Positions 42,858 to 56,332 of a DNA stretch of 64,000 nt are shown here, in pieces. The DNA is from Octopus vulgaris. Its lineage: Eukaryota. The position numbers were made by a program, and so were the translations under genes. Numbering within the stretch: position 1 is the first letter of the stretch; every line of letters begins with the position of its first letter. The notes under the pieces were generated by a model that was not told where the DNA came from, made no database searches, and saw only the letters and a program-made list of their open reading frames with translations. Location: contig OX597821.1 in assembly GCA_951406725.2 (NCBI GenBank), forward strand, positions 10,168,001 to 10,232,000. The letters run 5' to 3'.

Positions 42858-43320
42858 TTATTTTATACAGGACTAGAACTGTTTCATTCAAAAGAAATCA
42901 TCAGGAAGCTAGGTGACAAGAATAGTTTTGGCATTTATACACTTAGGCAGGTTTAAGGGGTGGTGGTGGGGGACTTTTTGGGGTAGGCATGGCGCAAACT
43001 ATCATTCTTATGGGAGTGGTCAAAGGAATCAGTGATAAAGTAGATAAAAGAATAAATAGAATAATAGTTTACATACACATACCCACATACATCCATATAC
43101 ACATGTACATATGCACCCATTTACATACATCTACGTACTCACCCATGCCCATACTCATACATACACACAAATATCTACACACATATATATGTAAAATAAA
43201 TAAATATAAAAGAGGATATACACCCCATACACACACGCTCACATATCCATATATATATATATATATATATCTATATATATATACACACATTCATACACAC
43301 ACTTATATATATATATATAT

Positions 43321-43372
<52 letters not shown>

Positions 43373-43456
43373 TTTATTTGACCTCGACCAACGAAGCCGA
43401 CACAGAGGTAGGTTTCTCCCAAGGGAGCTTGCCTTGCTGGCTTAAAAAACCATTTA

Positions 43457-45175
43457 TTGCCCCTCTACGTTGATGACACAGCTTTAACTGAAACCAACTT
43501 AGCCGGGAAGGAGATAGCCACCTCCCTTAAAATCGAAGACCGAACGGAACACCTGAGGGTGAAGTCCCCACACTTCACCCTGAAAGACCACAAAGACAGT
43601 TTCGAAAATAAACCATCGGTCCGACTGATTAACCCAACCAAGTCTGACATCGGATCCGTCAGCAAGAATATCCTGGACAGGATGTTACCAAAAATGCGTG
43701 AAGCTTCACCTCTTCCACTCTGGAATAGGACCTCCGAGGCAATAACTTGGTTCCGGGATTTACCTGACAAAAGCAACACTCGATTCCTACAATTAGATAT
43801 CGAGGATTACTACGCCTCTATATCGGAAAGCCTGCTGATCGACGCGATTAACTTCGCTAGGACGTTCTCCACCATCACCGAGGCCGAGCAAGATGTGATC
43901 CTCCATGCACGTAAGACTTTTCTTTTCCACGACGGATCCCACTGGATCAACAAAAAATCTGTGACCCCCTTCGACGTCAGCATGGGTGCTAGTGACTCGG
44001 CTGAAATAAGTGACCTTCTGGGCCTTTTCATCCTCCATAGGCTGAAGACCCTATTCACAGGCCTCTCCGGTGGTCTTTACCGCGATGATGGCCTTTTTGC
44101 CCTCCACAAAATAAACCCCATGACCACGGATGGGTTCTGGAAAAACCTTTACACTTTTTTTAAAAACTTAGGCCTTAGGATTACCTTAGAATCCAACTTA
44201 ACCAAAGCTAACTTCCTTGACGTTACCCTCGACTTAAAAACCTCACTTTATTACCCGTACCATAAACCAAATGAATCCCTTAGATATATAGACATTAATT
44301 CTAACCACCCCAAAAATATATTAGACAACCTAGTGAAAAGTGTCTCAATTAGAATATCTAGCCTGTCCGCTACTGAAGATATCTTTAACGCCGCAGCCCC
44401 CTATTACAACGAGGCCCTGGCCCGCAGTGGCTTTAAAGATAAGATCACCTACAGTAGCATAGCCCCACGCCAACCCAGGAAAAATAGGCGAAGACACATT
44501 AGCTGGTACACCCCCTTCAACCGTGAGGTCGCTACACCTGTAGCCAAAATTTTCTTCACTCTCCTACAAAAACACTTCCCCACCCAACATAAGTACTATA
44601 CAATCCTAAATAAGAACACCATTAGACTCTCCTACTCCACCACGCCCAATCTAGCCAGGAACCTAGCCAACAATAACGTGAAAAAACTTAATAAATCTAC
44701 TTTTTCCGAGGCCCATCCAACATCCGAAAGCAATTGCAACTGCCCTGATAAAACCACTTGCCCCCTCAACAACAACTGCCTACAGAAGGACCTAGTCTAC
44801 ACATGCGAGGTACGATCAGGCCCCGATGATAAAAGAAAATCGTACATCGGAATGACGTCAAACAGCTTTAAGACTCGTTGGTACGCCCACACACATTCGT
44901 TCCGGCGACCTGACAAATCTAACCAAACTACTCTCGCCGCCCACATCTGGTACCTTAAAAGGAACTCCATCCCCTTCAAGATCAAGTGGAGACTACTACA
45001 GAGGGCGCGTTCGTACACAGGAGGCCATACCTGCTGTGACCTTTGCATCTCTGAGAGCCTGGAGATCTTGTTCGTCAAAGGCCCTCTCCTCAAGATCTCG
45101 GAACACTCCCCAAATTGTATGCACAAAATTTATGCAAACTATAAAAACTACAGACCCACCTGGCAACCCGATTGA
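43457..45175 (+). CDS. PLE reverse transcriptase + GIY-YIG endonuclease (N-terminally truncated, frame open)
   Basis: [42 protein letters not shown] and SNHP; linker CNC..CPL..C; LVY..SYIGMT..FKTRW..H and CDLC..E..CMH. The TTG start lies inside the inverted repeat, so it is not the native start. Confidence 0.93.
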   Translation: MPLYVDDTALTETNLAGKEIATSLKIEDRTEHLRVKSPHFTLKDHKDSFENKPSVRLINPTKSDIGSVSKNILDRMLPKMREASPLPLWNRTSEAITWFRDLPDKSNTRFLQLDIEDYYASISESLLIDAINFARTFSTITEAEQDVILHARKTFLFHDGSHWINKKSVTPFDVSMGASDSAEISDLLGLFILHRLKTLFTGLSGGLYRDDGLFALHKINPMTTDGFWKNLYTFFKNLGLRITLESNLTKANFLDVTLDLKTSLYYPYHKPNESLRYIDINSNHPKNILDNLVKSVSIRISSLSATEDIFNAAAPYYNEALARSGFKDKITYSSIAPRQPRKNRRRHISWYTPFNREVATPVAKIFFTLLQKHFPTQHKYYTILNKNTIRLSYSTTPNLARNLANNNVKKLNKSTFSEAHPTSESNCNCPDKTTCPLNNNCLQKDLVYTCEVRSGPDDKRKSYIGMTSNSFKTRWYAHTHSFRRPDKSNQTTLAAHIWYLKRNSIPFKIKWRLLQRARSYTGGHTCCDLCISESLEILFVKGPLLKISEHSPNCMHKIYANYKNYRPTWQPD

Positions 45176-45404
45176 CGACACCCCACCCACAAACCCCCAC
45201 CCCACCCCCGCCGTCCCCTCAACACCCCCAATTACCTTCTCTCCTATGACTATTCACATATTGTATATGTACACATGTATATATGTATAGATATGTATGG
45301 GTGTAGGTATGGATATACGTATGTGTGTATGTGTGTGCGTGTATTTACATACGTGTATATATGTGTGTATGTATGTGTATATATATGTGTATATATATGT
45401 ATGT

Positions 45405-45448
<44 letters not shown>

Positions 45449-45742
45449 GCTTGTGTGTTTATGTATATGTAGGTATGTAGATTTATGTGTATGTGTATGT
45501 ATGTAGGTACATATGTGTAAATAGGTATACATGTGTATGTTAATATGTATGTATCCGTCTGTATGATGGGTAATTGCACGTATATATATATATTTATTAT
45601 TTATTATTTGAGTATGCATGTATGTATATATGTATATGTTTGTATGCATGTATGTATTTATGTATATATAGATGCGCGTGTGTGTATGCGTATGTGTATT
45701 GGTGTATATATGTGTATATATGTGTATTTGTGTGCGTTCGTG

Positions 45743-45778
<36 letters not shown>

Positions 45779-45900
45779 ATATATATGTGTATATATGCCT
45801 GTATACCCCTGTGTGGATGTATGTATGTATATGGGTGTGCGTACGGAAGTATGTGTATGTGTATGTAGATGTGTGTGTATGTATATGTATGTGTGTATTA

Positions 45901-45951
<51 letters not shown>

Positions 45952-46371
45952 ATATATCTGTGTGTGTATATATGTGTATATATGTATGGGTATAGATTTG
46001 TGTGATATGTGTGTATATATGTATATGTATGTATATATATGTATATATATGTGTGTGTGTGTATATATATATATGTGTGTATATGCCTGTATACCTCTGT
46101 GTGGATGTATGTATGGGTATATATGTGTATATGTATGTATGTATGTGTATGAGTGTATAAGTATGGATTTGTTGGGTTTCTCTTTTTTTATATATGTAGA
46201 TACATGTGAGTGCGTGTATGTGCTTAGATATGCGTATGCATATTGGTATGTGCATGTGTATATATATGTGTATGTATATGTATGGATATATGGATGTATG
46301 TGTATGTAGGTATGTATATGACTGGTGTAGGTATATATGTATATGTAGGTATATACGTGCGTGTATGTGTA

Positions 46372-46414
<43 letters not shown>

Positions 46415-47099
46415 GTATATGTATATACATGTGTATATATATATACTTGTGTATATATGTGGACTAGTCTTCTGTATGTGTGCAGATGTATGTATGTGTA
46501 TACGTGTAGATATGAATATGTAGGTACGTGTACGTATGCGTATATATGTGCATGTATGTATATGTATGAGTGTAGGTAGATATATGTAGGTATGCTTTTA
46601 TGTACACGTGTATGCGTGCATGTGTGCTAATATGTACTTAAAGGCGTATGGATGTGTATATATGCGTATGTATGTTTATATGCACAAATGTCTGTATATA
46701 GGCATATGAGTCTATATATGTGGGCAGATGTTCTTGTGTGTTTATGTGTACCGAAGTACGTTTATATATGTGGTTTTGTGTGTACATAGTTATGTGTACG
46801 TTTATGTGAAAGTCGGTACACTTATGTATGTATGAATATAACACGTGCGTCTGTGTATGTGTATGAGTGTGCGTGTGAGTGTGTGTGCGTGTGTGAGTGT
46901 TTGTGTTCGTATCAGTGGGTAGAAAGATAGAAAGGAAGGTAGAGGGGCAATAAACGGTTTTTTAAGCCAGCAAGGCAAGCTCCCTTGGGAGAAACCTACC
47001 TCTGTGTCGGCTTCGTTGGTCGAGGTCAAATAAAAACAATAATAATAAAAGTAAAAATGAATATATAAAAATAAAAATAAAATATATATATATATATGT

Positions 47100-47137
<38 letters not shown>

Positions 47138-47148
47138 TGTGTGTATGA

Positions 47149-47195
<47 letters not shown>

Positions 47196-47367
47196 AGCGT
47201 GTGTGTATGGGTGTGTATATCCTCTTTTATATTTATTTATTTTACATATATATGTGTGTAGATATTTGTGTGTATGTATGAGTATGGGTATGAGTGAGTA
47301 CGTAGATGTATGTAAATGGGTGCATATGTACATGTGTATATGATGTATATGTGTATGTGTATGTATG

Positions 47368-47412
<45 letters not shown>

Positions 47413-47611
47413 ATATATATATATGTATAAGTTAGGTCTCTTATTTACCTAAACTCTATTACTCTATTTATTCTTTTATCTACTTTATCACTGATTCCTT
47501 TGACCACTCCCCTAAGAATGATAGTTTGCGCCATGCCTACCCCAAAAAGTCGCCCACCACCACCCCTAAACCTGCCTAAGTGTATAAATGCCAAAACTAT
47601 TCTTGTCACCT

Positions 47612-47662
47612 AGCTTCCTGATGATTTCTTTTGAATGAAACAGTTCTAGTCCTGTAGAAGCT
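47612..47662 (+). ncRNA. Type I hammerhead ribozyme in pLTR
   Basis: agcttc CTGATGA t ttc-tttt-gaa t GAAA cag-ttctagtc-ctg TA gaagct. Predicted cleavage after A47656. Confidence 0.92.
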
Positions 47663-48907
47663 CCTTCTATAAAATAAATTAATTTACTCTGCTATGTATT
47701 GAGTACCTTATTTACTGTGGTTAACCCCGACTCAACCTGGGACCTACATATATATTTATATATATATATATAATATACATACAAACATATTTTTACATAC
47801 ACACGTACACACACATGCACACAAGGATATTCATATGTACTTCTCTAACAATATATAATGTTTGTAAGATTCTGAATACCGTATTTATCAGGCTGGCAAC
47901 TTCTTTTGTCATCATGAATTGTAGCATATTAAACTTAAATAAAAATCCCACAGTCTAATATTATAAGTCTATTTTACCGATGTTGTATCTTTTCCATGCG
48001 GAAAACTAACTTGTAGGGTAACTTTGCTCCAAAGACCCTGCGAAGAACCTTTTACTTGACATGCATTATGCTGTTTGACTATAGGCATCCACTTTGAATT
48101 GAGGACTTGTATGGACTTTCTTTTTATCATCTCCAATATAGGAAAACACTCTTTTGCAGAGGGAAATGGTCATTCGACGACTTTTATGATGTCTAGACGT
48201 TATTGTTGTGTAACAGAATTGCAAGCCATTAATAATGCACAACCATATAACCATCTCACACAAAGACAAAAATATCGTAGTAATACATCATTTATAATGA
48301 TTATTGCAAACATGCAGATGCAAATAATACCAGTTGAGAGCTACTGGATGATACCTTGTTTATGGGGTCATCAGGAGAGAATACGAGCTTTTTCGGGGCC
48401 TACCATTCGATGCCATCATTGTGCACCGACCCCACTTCACTGAAATACGCTTCATTTGTTTCTGTTTCTGTGTAATTTGATGCAATCTGTTTGATGTGAA
48501 ATGAAAAGAATAGTTGTAGATTGACTCACAAGGAACATATCAACTCTTATTCACCCGTTTCCTAATTGTTGGTAAATATTAGTTCCAATGTTTAGCACTA
48601 ACGAATACCGAGGATGTTGTAAGTCGATTACATCGATGCTGAGCTCGGCAGGTACCTAACTTATTCTCCATGAAAGGATTTGAGGTAAATTAAATCTCGG
48701 TGAAATTTGAATCCAGAGCGAGGTGGTATGAAACAGTTTCTGGATGTTGAAACATCATTTAGATTCATTATTCATTGAATCAGTAGTAAAAAAAAATCCC
48801 CATGTAATCTCTCTCCCTCTCCATCTCTCTTTAAAACCCGTCTTTGATCTAGTAATTACGTTTACTGTTTATCGGGAGGCACATTGAACGTATTATAATA
48901 TGTATAA

Positions 48908-49290
48908 CTAGCAGTATCGCCCGGCGTTGCTCGGGTTTGTGAGGGAAATAACTATATAATCATTTTTAGAGATGTAAAATATAATAGCCATCTCAATATG
49001 GCTAACCACAAAGGGTTACTGTAGCTTTTTACGTTCTGAGATTTAATAATAATTTTTTAGAGATTTACTTCCCTTATATATGCCAAAAATGCATTAAAAA
49101 TGAGAAAAATTGATGGTAATTTTTTTTTAAATCGTAGACTCATCGTAGACGCGCACTAATACCCAGAAGAGCTCGATATGAATCACGACTATAAGATACC
49201 CGGTTTTGGTTAAACTGCACCGAAAAATGTGGGAGTAGTTAGGAATCGTAGGAGACAGACAGCACACAACCTCACTTTTATATATAAAGA
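48908..49290 (-). mobile_element. Non-autonomous Helitron
   Basis: Minus strand: A|TC start, 3' hairpin cccgagcaacgccggg, then CTAG|T end. No TSD. Confidence 0.85.
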
Positions 49291-50915
49291 TTTTCTCCTC
49301 TTACATGTAGGCATTTTTAGAAGAGAGAAACATGTAAATATTTGAAGTAGAAGAAAGATCAACTTCATTCTAGTCTGTTTGCAGTGTTTTGTGTTATTTC
49401 TCGCATCCGATCTGAAGCGTTTCGCAGACGATCAGCTGCAGGTCGTGCATGTCTTTTGTCTTCGTATTCTGCTATACATCGAGTTGCCATTCTATCTGAA
49501 AGTCATGCATTTCGTGAATGTTCGAGTTCAGATGCTCATCAAGCTTTCTTTCTCCGCTGCTCATCCGCAAGTCGTGCGCGTGTCTCACCGTTGTTTTCTG
49601 ATGCACGTTGTGCGTTTATCTGGTGTTCGTTTTGTGACGGTCGTTTTATATGAGACATTATTTTTATAATAATAAATATCAGTAAGTAATAGTGTAATGA
49701 AATCATATACCTGTTTACCAGCAATGCAAAGTAAACAGTTATATGATATAGAAGAAAAGCTTAAGGGAATGAGAAATGTTTTTGTTAAGGAATATCAGTA
49801 AGTTGTAGTGAAATAAATGTATAACTGATATGTCAAAAATTGGTAAGCAATAGTGAAATGAATTTTCAAATGCTGAATAGTATCAGTGCTTTTGCTAATA
49901 TTCCGACGCTATATCACAGGAATGTAGGGCAAGGTGTCGTGTGATTGTCTTTTTGTTGGTGTATCAAATATTTTTGTTTCGCTTTGAATTTACGTCCGTG
50001 TACGTATGGCTTCACTGTCAGGTGTCTTCTGCTTATGGGAAAGAAATTTATATATATATATGTATATCTTACGATATAAATATAGGTATATCTCTCTCAT
50101 AAATGAATATACATGTATGTGCGTGTGTGCGTTTGTATGTGTCTGTGTGTAGGTGTCGGTGTGTGTGTGCGTGTGTGTTCTTTAAGAGAGAGAGAGAAAG
50201 AGAGAGGCAGACATAAAAAGACAGTGGCGCCATTTCTTTTGAGTTCCTCTCTGCTGCTGAAAATGGATAAATCCCCCACTGTTATAATTTTCCTTTATCT
50301 TTTCTTTTCGCCTTTTACTTCATTCTGTCATTAGACTGAGGCCATGCTGGAGAACCTCCTTGGAGGATTATTAGTTGTGTATGGACCCCAGAATTTTTTC
50401 TTTTATTTTTACTTGTGAAAGTCATTAGAGAGAGAGAGAGAGACAGATAGAATGAGAGAGAGAGAAATTGAAAAGTCTCGATTCTTTGAAACTTTTGGTA
50501 CTTTCGCTCTGGTCACACCATCATCATCATTATCACCACCATAGTTTAAGTGTGAAAGTAGACAAAACACCCATACTTATAAATGAGACGGCATCTCAGT
50601 TATGTTCTGTGGGCCAGTCTGACAAACATGCAGAAACTCTTTAAAATATATATATTTGTATTTCTATTATATATAATTGATATAGGATTGGCCATCATAT
50701 CAAAAAATGCCTTTAAAGGTAAAATTTATACATAATGTACAAGATAAGGGCAGAAGAATATTTCCAATACGGTAATAACGAATTTTTTGGAGATTTCTAT
50801 CTGTTTGTTTCAAGACGCATAATTTTAATGGTTATCGACAATTTTTTGTTGTTTCGGCGTATCTGGCATTAGAATATTTCTTCTGCCCATATCTTGTCTA
50901 TTATATATATAATGT

Positions 50916-51150
50916 GGAGGCGCGTGGCTTTGTGGATAGCGTGTCAGCATCATGATCGTAAGATTGTGCTCTCGATTCCTGGACCGGGCGACGCTTTGTG
51001 TTCTTGAGCAAAACACTTCATTTCACGTTGCTCCGGTCCACTGAGCTGGCCAAAATGAGTAACGCTGTGATGGACTTGCGTCCCATCCAGCTTGGGAACA
51101 CATACGCAATGGAAACCGGGCTCATGATCGTGGCTAGGCTTTACAAAGGC
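50916..51150 (+). mobile_element. tRNA-derived SINE
   Basis: ggaggcgcgtggct..gtggatagcgtg A-box-like head, tcgattcc B-box-like motif, core shared with 29915. Confidence 0.7.
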
Positions 51151-51167
51151 GCATTTATTTATTTATT

Positions 51168-51402
<235 letters not shown>

Positions 51403-51407
51403 CATAC

Positions 51408-51523
<116 letters not shown>

Positions 51524-51565
51524 GAAATAGGTTTCGAAGAGAAAAATAAACTACAGTTGATAGAA

Positions 51566-52384
51566 ATATGGCGAAATTAAGAAGAAAAGGACGAAAATGC
51601 ACATTGGATATAAAAAGAAATAAAGGCTATTTTATGAAAAGTAACGATGAATATATACAATTAGATGAACTGAGGTATAATTAAGAGGAATAAAATCATT
51701 ATGTCGAATTGTCGTCGATTGCTGTTCAGTGGCTTTGCATGCGCACCGATTACCAAAAATCCTGAGTAAAAAGATCATATGCAAAGGACGTTAGTAGTTT
51801 TCGGAGTGATTCAATTAAGGTAGATTAATACTGTAATATGAATGGTTTATGGAATGTCAGTGAACGCATAGAAATGTTTGCTAGTAAACTTAAACCTACC
51901 TTCCAAACTTTCCCTTTATATCAGTGTTCACAGAAAACCTCAGATCAGCAAAAATGATACAGAACCAATTTTCATCAATAAATATCCACAAGTAAACATG
52001 AATACATAACATAATCCAGAATACTACTAACCGATTAATACCGCTAATTCCCATGCATTCCATACACCATACATATTACAGTATTACATTTACCCTAATT
52101 GCAACCATTCCAGAACTACTTACCTCCCTTGCATATAATCCTTTTACTTGGGGATTAGTAGACCCGACACCGTTTGGTAATCGGTGTGCATGCGAAGCCA
52201 GTGAACAGTAATTGACGAAACTGGTCTGATTTGAGTCCCTTTAACAATTCAAAATAATGACTTTTATTCCTCTTAATTCTACCTCAGCTCATCTAAATAT
52301 TTATCGTTACTTTTCATTAAAAATGTCCTTATTTTTTATATCCAATGTGTATTTTCGCTTTCTTCTTCTTACTTTCCCCATATT
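51566..52384 (+). mobile_element. Short PLE remnant: inverted pLTR, endonuclease tail and pLTR, between TA tracts
   Basis: Inverted arms ~51566-51784 / 52129-52384. A FINKYP-like endonuclease end at ~51970. HHR-like motif at 52198. Confidence 0.65.
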
Positions 52385-52594
52385 ATATATATATATATAT
52401 AATACATACATGCATACATACTTATAAATCTAGTGGTCTCATCATATTCGAATTAAGAAGTAGCATTGTCTCTTAAAATTTTCAAGCTGGTGCTTTAAAT
52501 ACTTGTTAAGCAATATGTCTCCAGTTGCTGATATCAAGGAACTTTAATTTTTCTCTTGTCAAGTTTTAGAACGAAATAACTGTACCTTAAGTAC

Positions 52595-53211
52595 TTACAG
52601 GTAACGATGCCCGTCAGTTCATCTAAGCTTAATGGACTTTCTGATTTATATTTCTGATAGTAAGTAGTACAAGAGCGCTTGAGGTAGGTCATTCAGTATT
52701 CGCTTCCGCTAACTTTTAATTCGATTGTAATACTTATTTCTGTCATAGAGTTTCAGTTTCGGCGAAGTTGTAATCTCCTTCGAGAACATTACATTTCATT
52801 TCAAATCATTGATTTTATGGGAAATAGTATTCAGGTGATTATCTGAAATCATGTTAATAGCCACATTAAGTAGCTTGTGTATTAACATGTGGATGCTGGA
52901 TGTTGTTCCGTGTTAATACGCAATTATAATTATCATTAGGAAGGCTAAATCTATCGTCTAATGACGTCCATTTTCATGTGGTGTTACCCTTTGATTATGC
53001 AAACTTTCCGAGACTGAGAAGTAATGCAATATTATTAGTGCCGGCAGATGTGGCAATTACTAATAGTAATGGTTGTCCGAATGCGAAAAAAACTAACTCA
53101 TCTAAAATATAATGATCTTATCAAAATGTTCGTCCACCTACTTACTATCAGAGATATAAATCAGAAAATCCATTAATCTTAGATGTACTTACGATCATGG
53201 TTACCTGTAAG
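52595..53211. repeat. ~72-bp inverted repeat pair (52595-52666 / 53137-53211)
   Basis: cttacaggtaac..tttctgatttatat..ctgatagtaagtag and its reverse complement. Confidence 0.8.
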
Positions 53212-55188
53212 ATTCTTATGTAGAAAAAGCCTCCAAAATAAAAATATGTAGAAGTCATTAGGGGCATAATAATTAGAAGAGATGAGCGCACATATTTCAA
53301 GGCTACATTTAATATTCCTTACACTCGTTTGTATAAACTAAATATGTTTTGTGTGGTAGACACGGGACATTTCGATCTCCAAGAAATCGTCATACTTAAT
53401 CTGACTCATTCATTACAGTACTGATCAAAATGTACGTGACTTGAAGTACGCATGCATTAACGATATTTTCATTTGTTTCTCTGTGTCACTACTTCAATTT
53501 TGGCCCATCGACAGTTTTGAAATAATATCCATTGGTCTTTAAGGAGAATGTTCGCACTAGGTTATTTCAACAACGCAAGTTCACCACGAGATCGTTCCAT
53601 ATGTTTGTAAATACATTTATTTCATTCATCACTCCCTCGTGCACATTTATTTAATTATTTCCAATTATAACATGTATATCAGAAATTGTAATATTTGCTA
53701 GAAAAACTGTGAAAAACTGATTCAGTATCCGTACTTGAAGGTTAATGAAACAAATAATTCTTGTACCAGATCTTTTTTTTCCCGAAGTAAAGCCTCTACA
53801 TATTTCCCGATGTAAACGAAAATGTTATTTATGGCGGATGTACGTGCATATAATCGTCACTAAATTTCGCCTTTGAACAGTTTTGCATAATTCATAGGCA
53901 ATTCAAATTCACACAGATATATTCTGATTTCAAAAACTTTTATTCCATCTTACACGTCTTTCTGTTTTAACTACGCCTTTTCTTCAAAATCTTTCTTAAT
54001 ATATCTTAGCAGAAACAGGCCCATATGAAAGTATCTGAAATTGGTTGCTAGTTTCAGGATTTCCGTGTCACAAAGTAATACCAGAAAAAGTAGCAATGGA
54101 GTGAATATCCGTTTCAATGCTTTAATAATTCCATTAAATATAAACATGTAGTTGAGGAAGGGAGCAAATAAGGAACATTACTATATATAACAGACTACTG
54201 AAATGTAAACGTATTCTAAGTAAAACTTGAATCTTTTGCTCTTAACAAACATGAAAGGATGCACAGTAGGGTAATTAAGTGTAGCAGCCTGCAGCAGCTA
54301 TGTAAACGCTGAGATATTTTGTTAATTCATTGTCACTTCCAAGCAGCTCTTCTGGGTATAGATCAGTGAACGTAACAGGGTTATAGAGAGCACGACAGAG
54401 GGAGAGAGTTGATGAGAGCGGGCGAGTAGGGAGAGAGGGAAGGAGAGGGTAGATGGGAAAAGGAAGAGACAGAATAGAATGTTCTGACTTCCCTAATATC
54501 GCTAATGGTTCATTTGAGGAACTAGCATAAAGTAGGACTTATGTCGTGCTAAATGTAATCATTAGAAAGAAATGTATTATGTAATGTTGGAATACACAAT
54601 ACACAACGGATGCAGTGGAAAAATTCATAATGATCAACAGCTAGCAAGAATGCAAGAGGATTTTCAGCATCCACAGCCTTGCGGATGCCGTGTAATCGCA
54701 GTCAGTCGTATATATAGACCACTGTCTTCACCTACGATAGAGGACACTGTGAATAGTTTATTCGCTGGCAATGCGAATAGAGGCCTGACAGAGTCAAAAT
54801 ACAGAAATGCATCTGGTATTTTATCGGTATTCAAAAGAGTTTCACTCACCTTTGGTATATATCATTTCTAAAATTAAGGTGCCGTCAGATATTCTATCTG
54901 CAAGAAAACTGCAGTAATTTTACTTTGAAAAATATTTATACATTAAGTATGATACTAAACAACAAATGTGTGCGTGCGGAGAGAGAGGTAGAGAGAGAGA
55001 AAGGGCGGTATTGCTGTGTTCGCTTCTATTTATGTTTTGTGGGGACACTATCTATATTATAGCTCTGCCACTTTTTAGTTCACACAAACACATACAAACA
55101 TACACACACATACATACATACATACATACATGCATACATACATACATACATACATACATACATACATACATACATACATACATAAATA

Positions 55189-55223
<35 letters not shown>

Positions 55224-55234
55224 TATATATATAT

Positions 55235-56105
55235 AAGTAGGTGAATGAATTATTCTATGTTTATCGTCAGCATGGAAAATTCGTTTAACCGAAACCTGGG
55301 TAGCAAATTCACGTCAGGAAACAGGGTTGAAACGACCTGTCAAGGGTAGAAACTCCGGGTTCATGCGTAGAAATTTGTGTGTTGTATATGAATAAATGAA
55401 AGAATGGAGTCGAACGAAGATGTTAACAAAATTCCTTAACACACGACACATGTTTCGAAGACAGCATGTTCTCATTCCAAAGGAATAAAGGGTGCATTAT
55501 GCAATCTTCTCATCGATGATTGCCTACATGGTAAACAAAGCGATAATGAGTGTTTCTTTAAAAAAACCGTTAGAAGAATTGATGCTAAAAATAGATAGTA
55601 GGAAGAGAAGGGATAAAGTAATAATAGGTAGGGAACAGTACGTTTGCCTGTATGTATGGAAATGTGTGGGTGTGTGCTTGTGTTAATGAGTGCGTAAATA
55701 AATGAAATAAATTGAAATTCCGTAATTTTAGGATAAGACATTAGGAATTTTAATTTGTATTTTAAATCTTAATATTATCTTAGAACATCTTTATAATTCG
55801 ATATTCTATATTTTGGACTATGTTAAATCTTGAATGTACCTCTGATGAGTGAAATGTGGTTAATTGATATGGATAGAAAACTCACCCTTTCCAAAACACA
55901 ATTTTTCGAAACGATACTAAGAATGTGTATGCATTCAAGATTCATTTGAATTCTCGTAAATTCTAACCTCGTCATCGATTCGTAAAATGTGAATGCATTT
56001 ATGTATTATACGCTTTCGGGACTTGTATATTTATACTTGAATTGCTTCTGTATATGTAGTGATTTAATTTCATAATGGGAACATGAAATCTGTTCTCTAA
56101 CCTTG

Positions 56106-56108
<3 letters not shown>
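55235..56108 (+). mobile_element. Decayed PLE-type insert between TA tracts with degenerate hammerhead (55839-55923)
   Basis: cct CTGATGA g..c GAAA cgatac TA aga. Weak LCNLLIDDCL endonuclease-like tail upstream. Confidence 0.5.
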
Positions 56109-56155
<47 letters not shown>

Positions 56156-56245
56156 AGATATATATGATATACATATATGTGTATATATATATATGTATAT
56201 ATATGTGTATATATATATATATATACATATGTATGTATGTATATA

Positions 56246-56288
<43 letters not shown>

Positions 56289-56301
56289 TATATATGTATA
56301 C

Positions 56302-56332
<31 letters not shown>

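Larger units (their letters stand above)
42856..47747 (+). mobile_element. Penelope-like retroelement (Naiad-like), 5'-truncated with inverted pLTR, inserted in (TA)n
   Basis: Inverted pLTR 42856-43468 mirrors 46939-47679. Contains the RT/EN ORF, a 1.7-kb (RY)n-rich 3' region and an HHR in the pLTR. Confidence 0.95.

Noticed and set aside
45173-45250. Selenocysteine read-through, as reported for some Naiad PLEs
   Set aside because: The ORF has no internal TGA at Cys positions, the terminal TGA follows the complete endonuclease, and no SECIS was recognised by eye.
48066-48443. Possible coding exon with a hydrophobic segment
   Set aside because: Stops interrupt the plausible frames and no recognisable domain is present.
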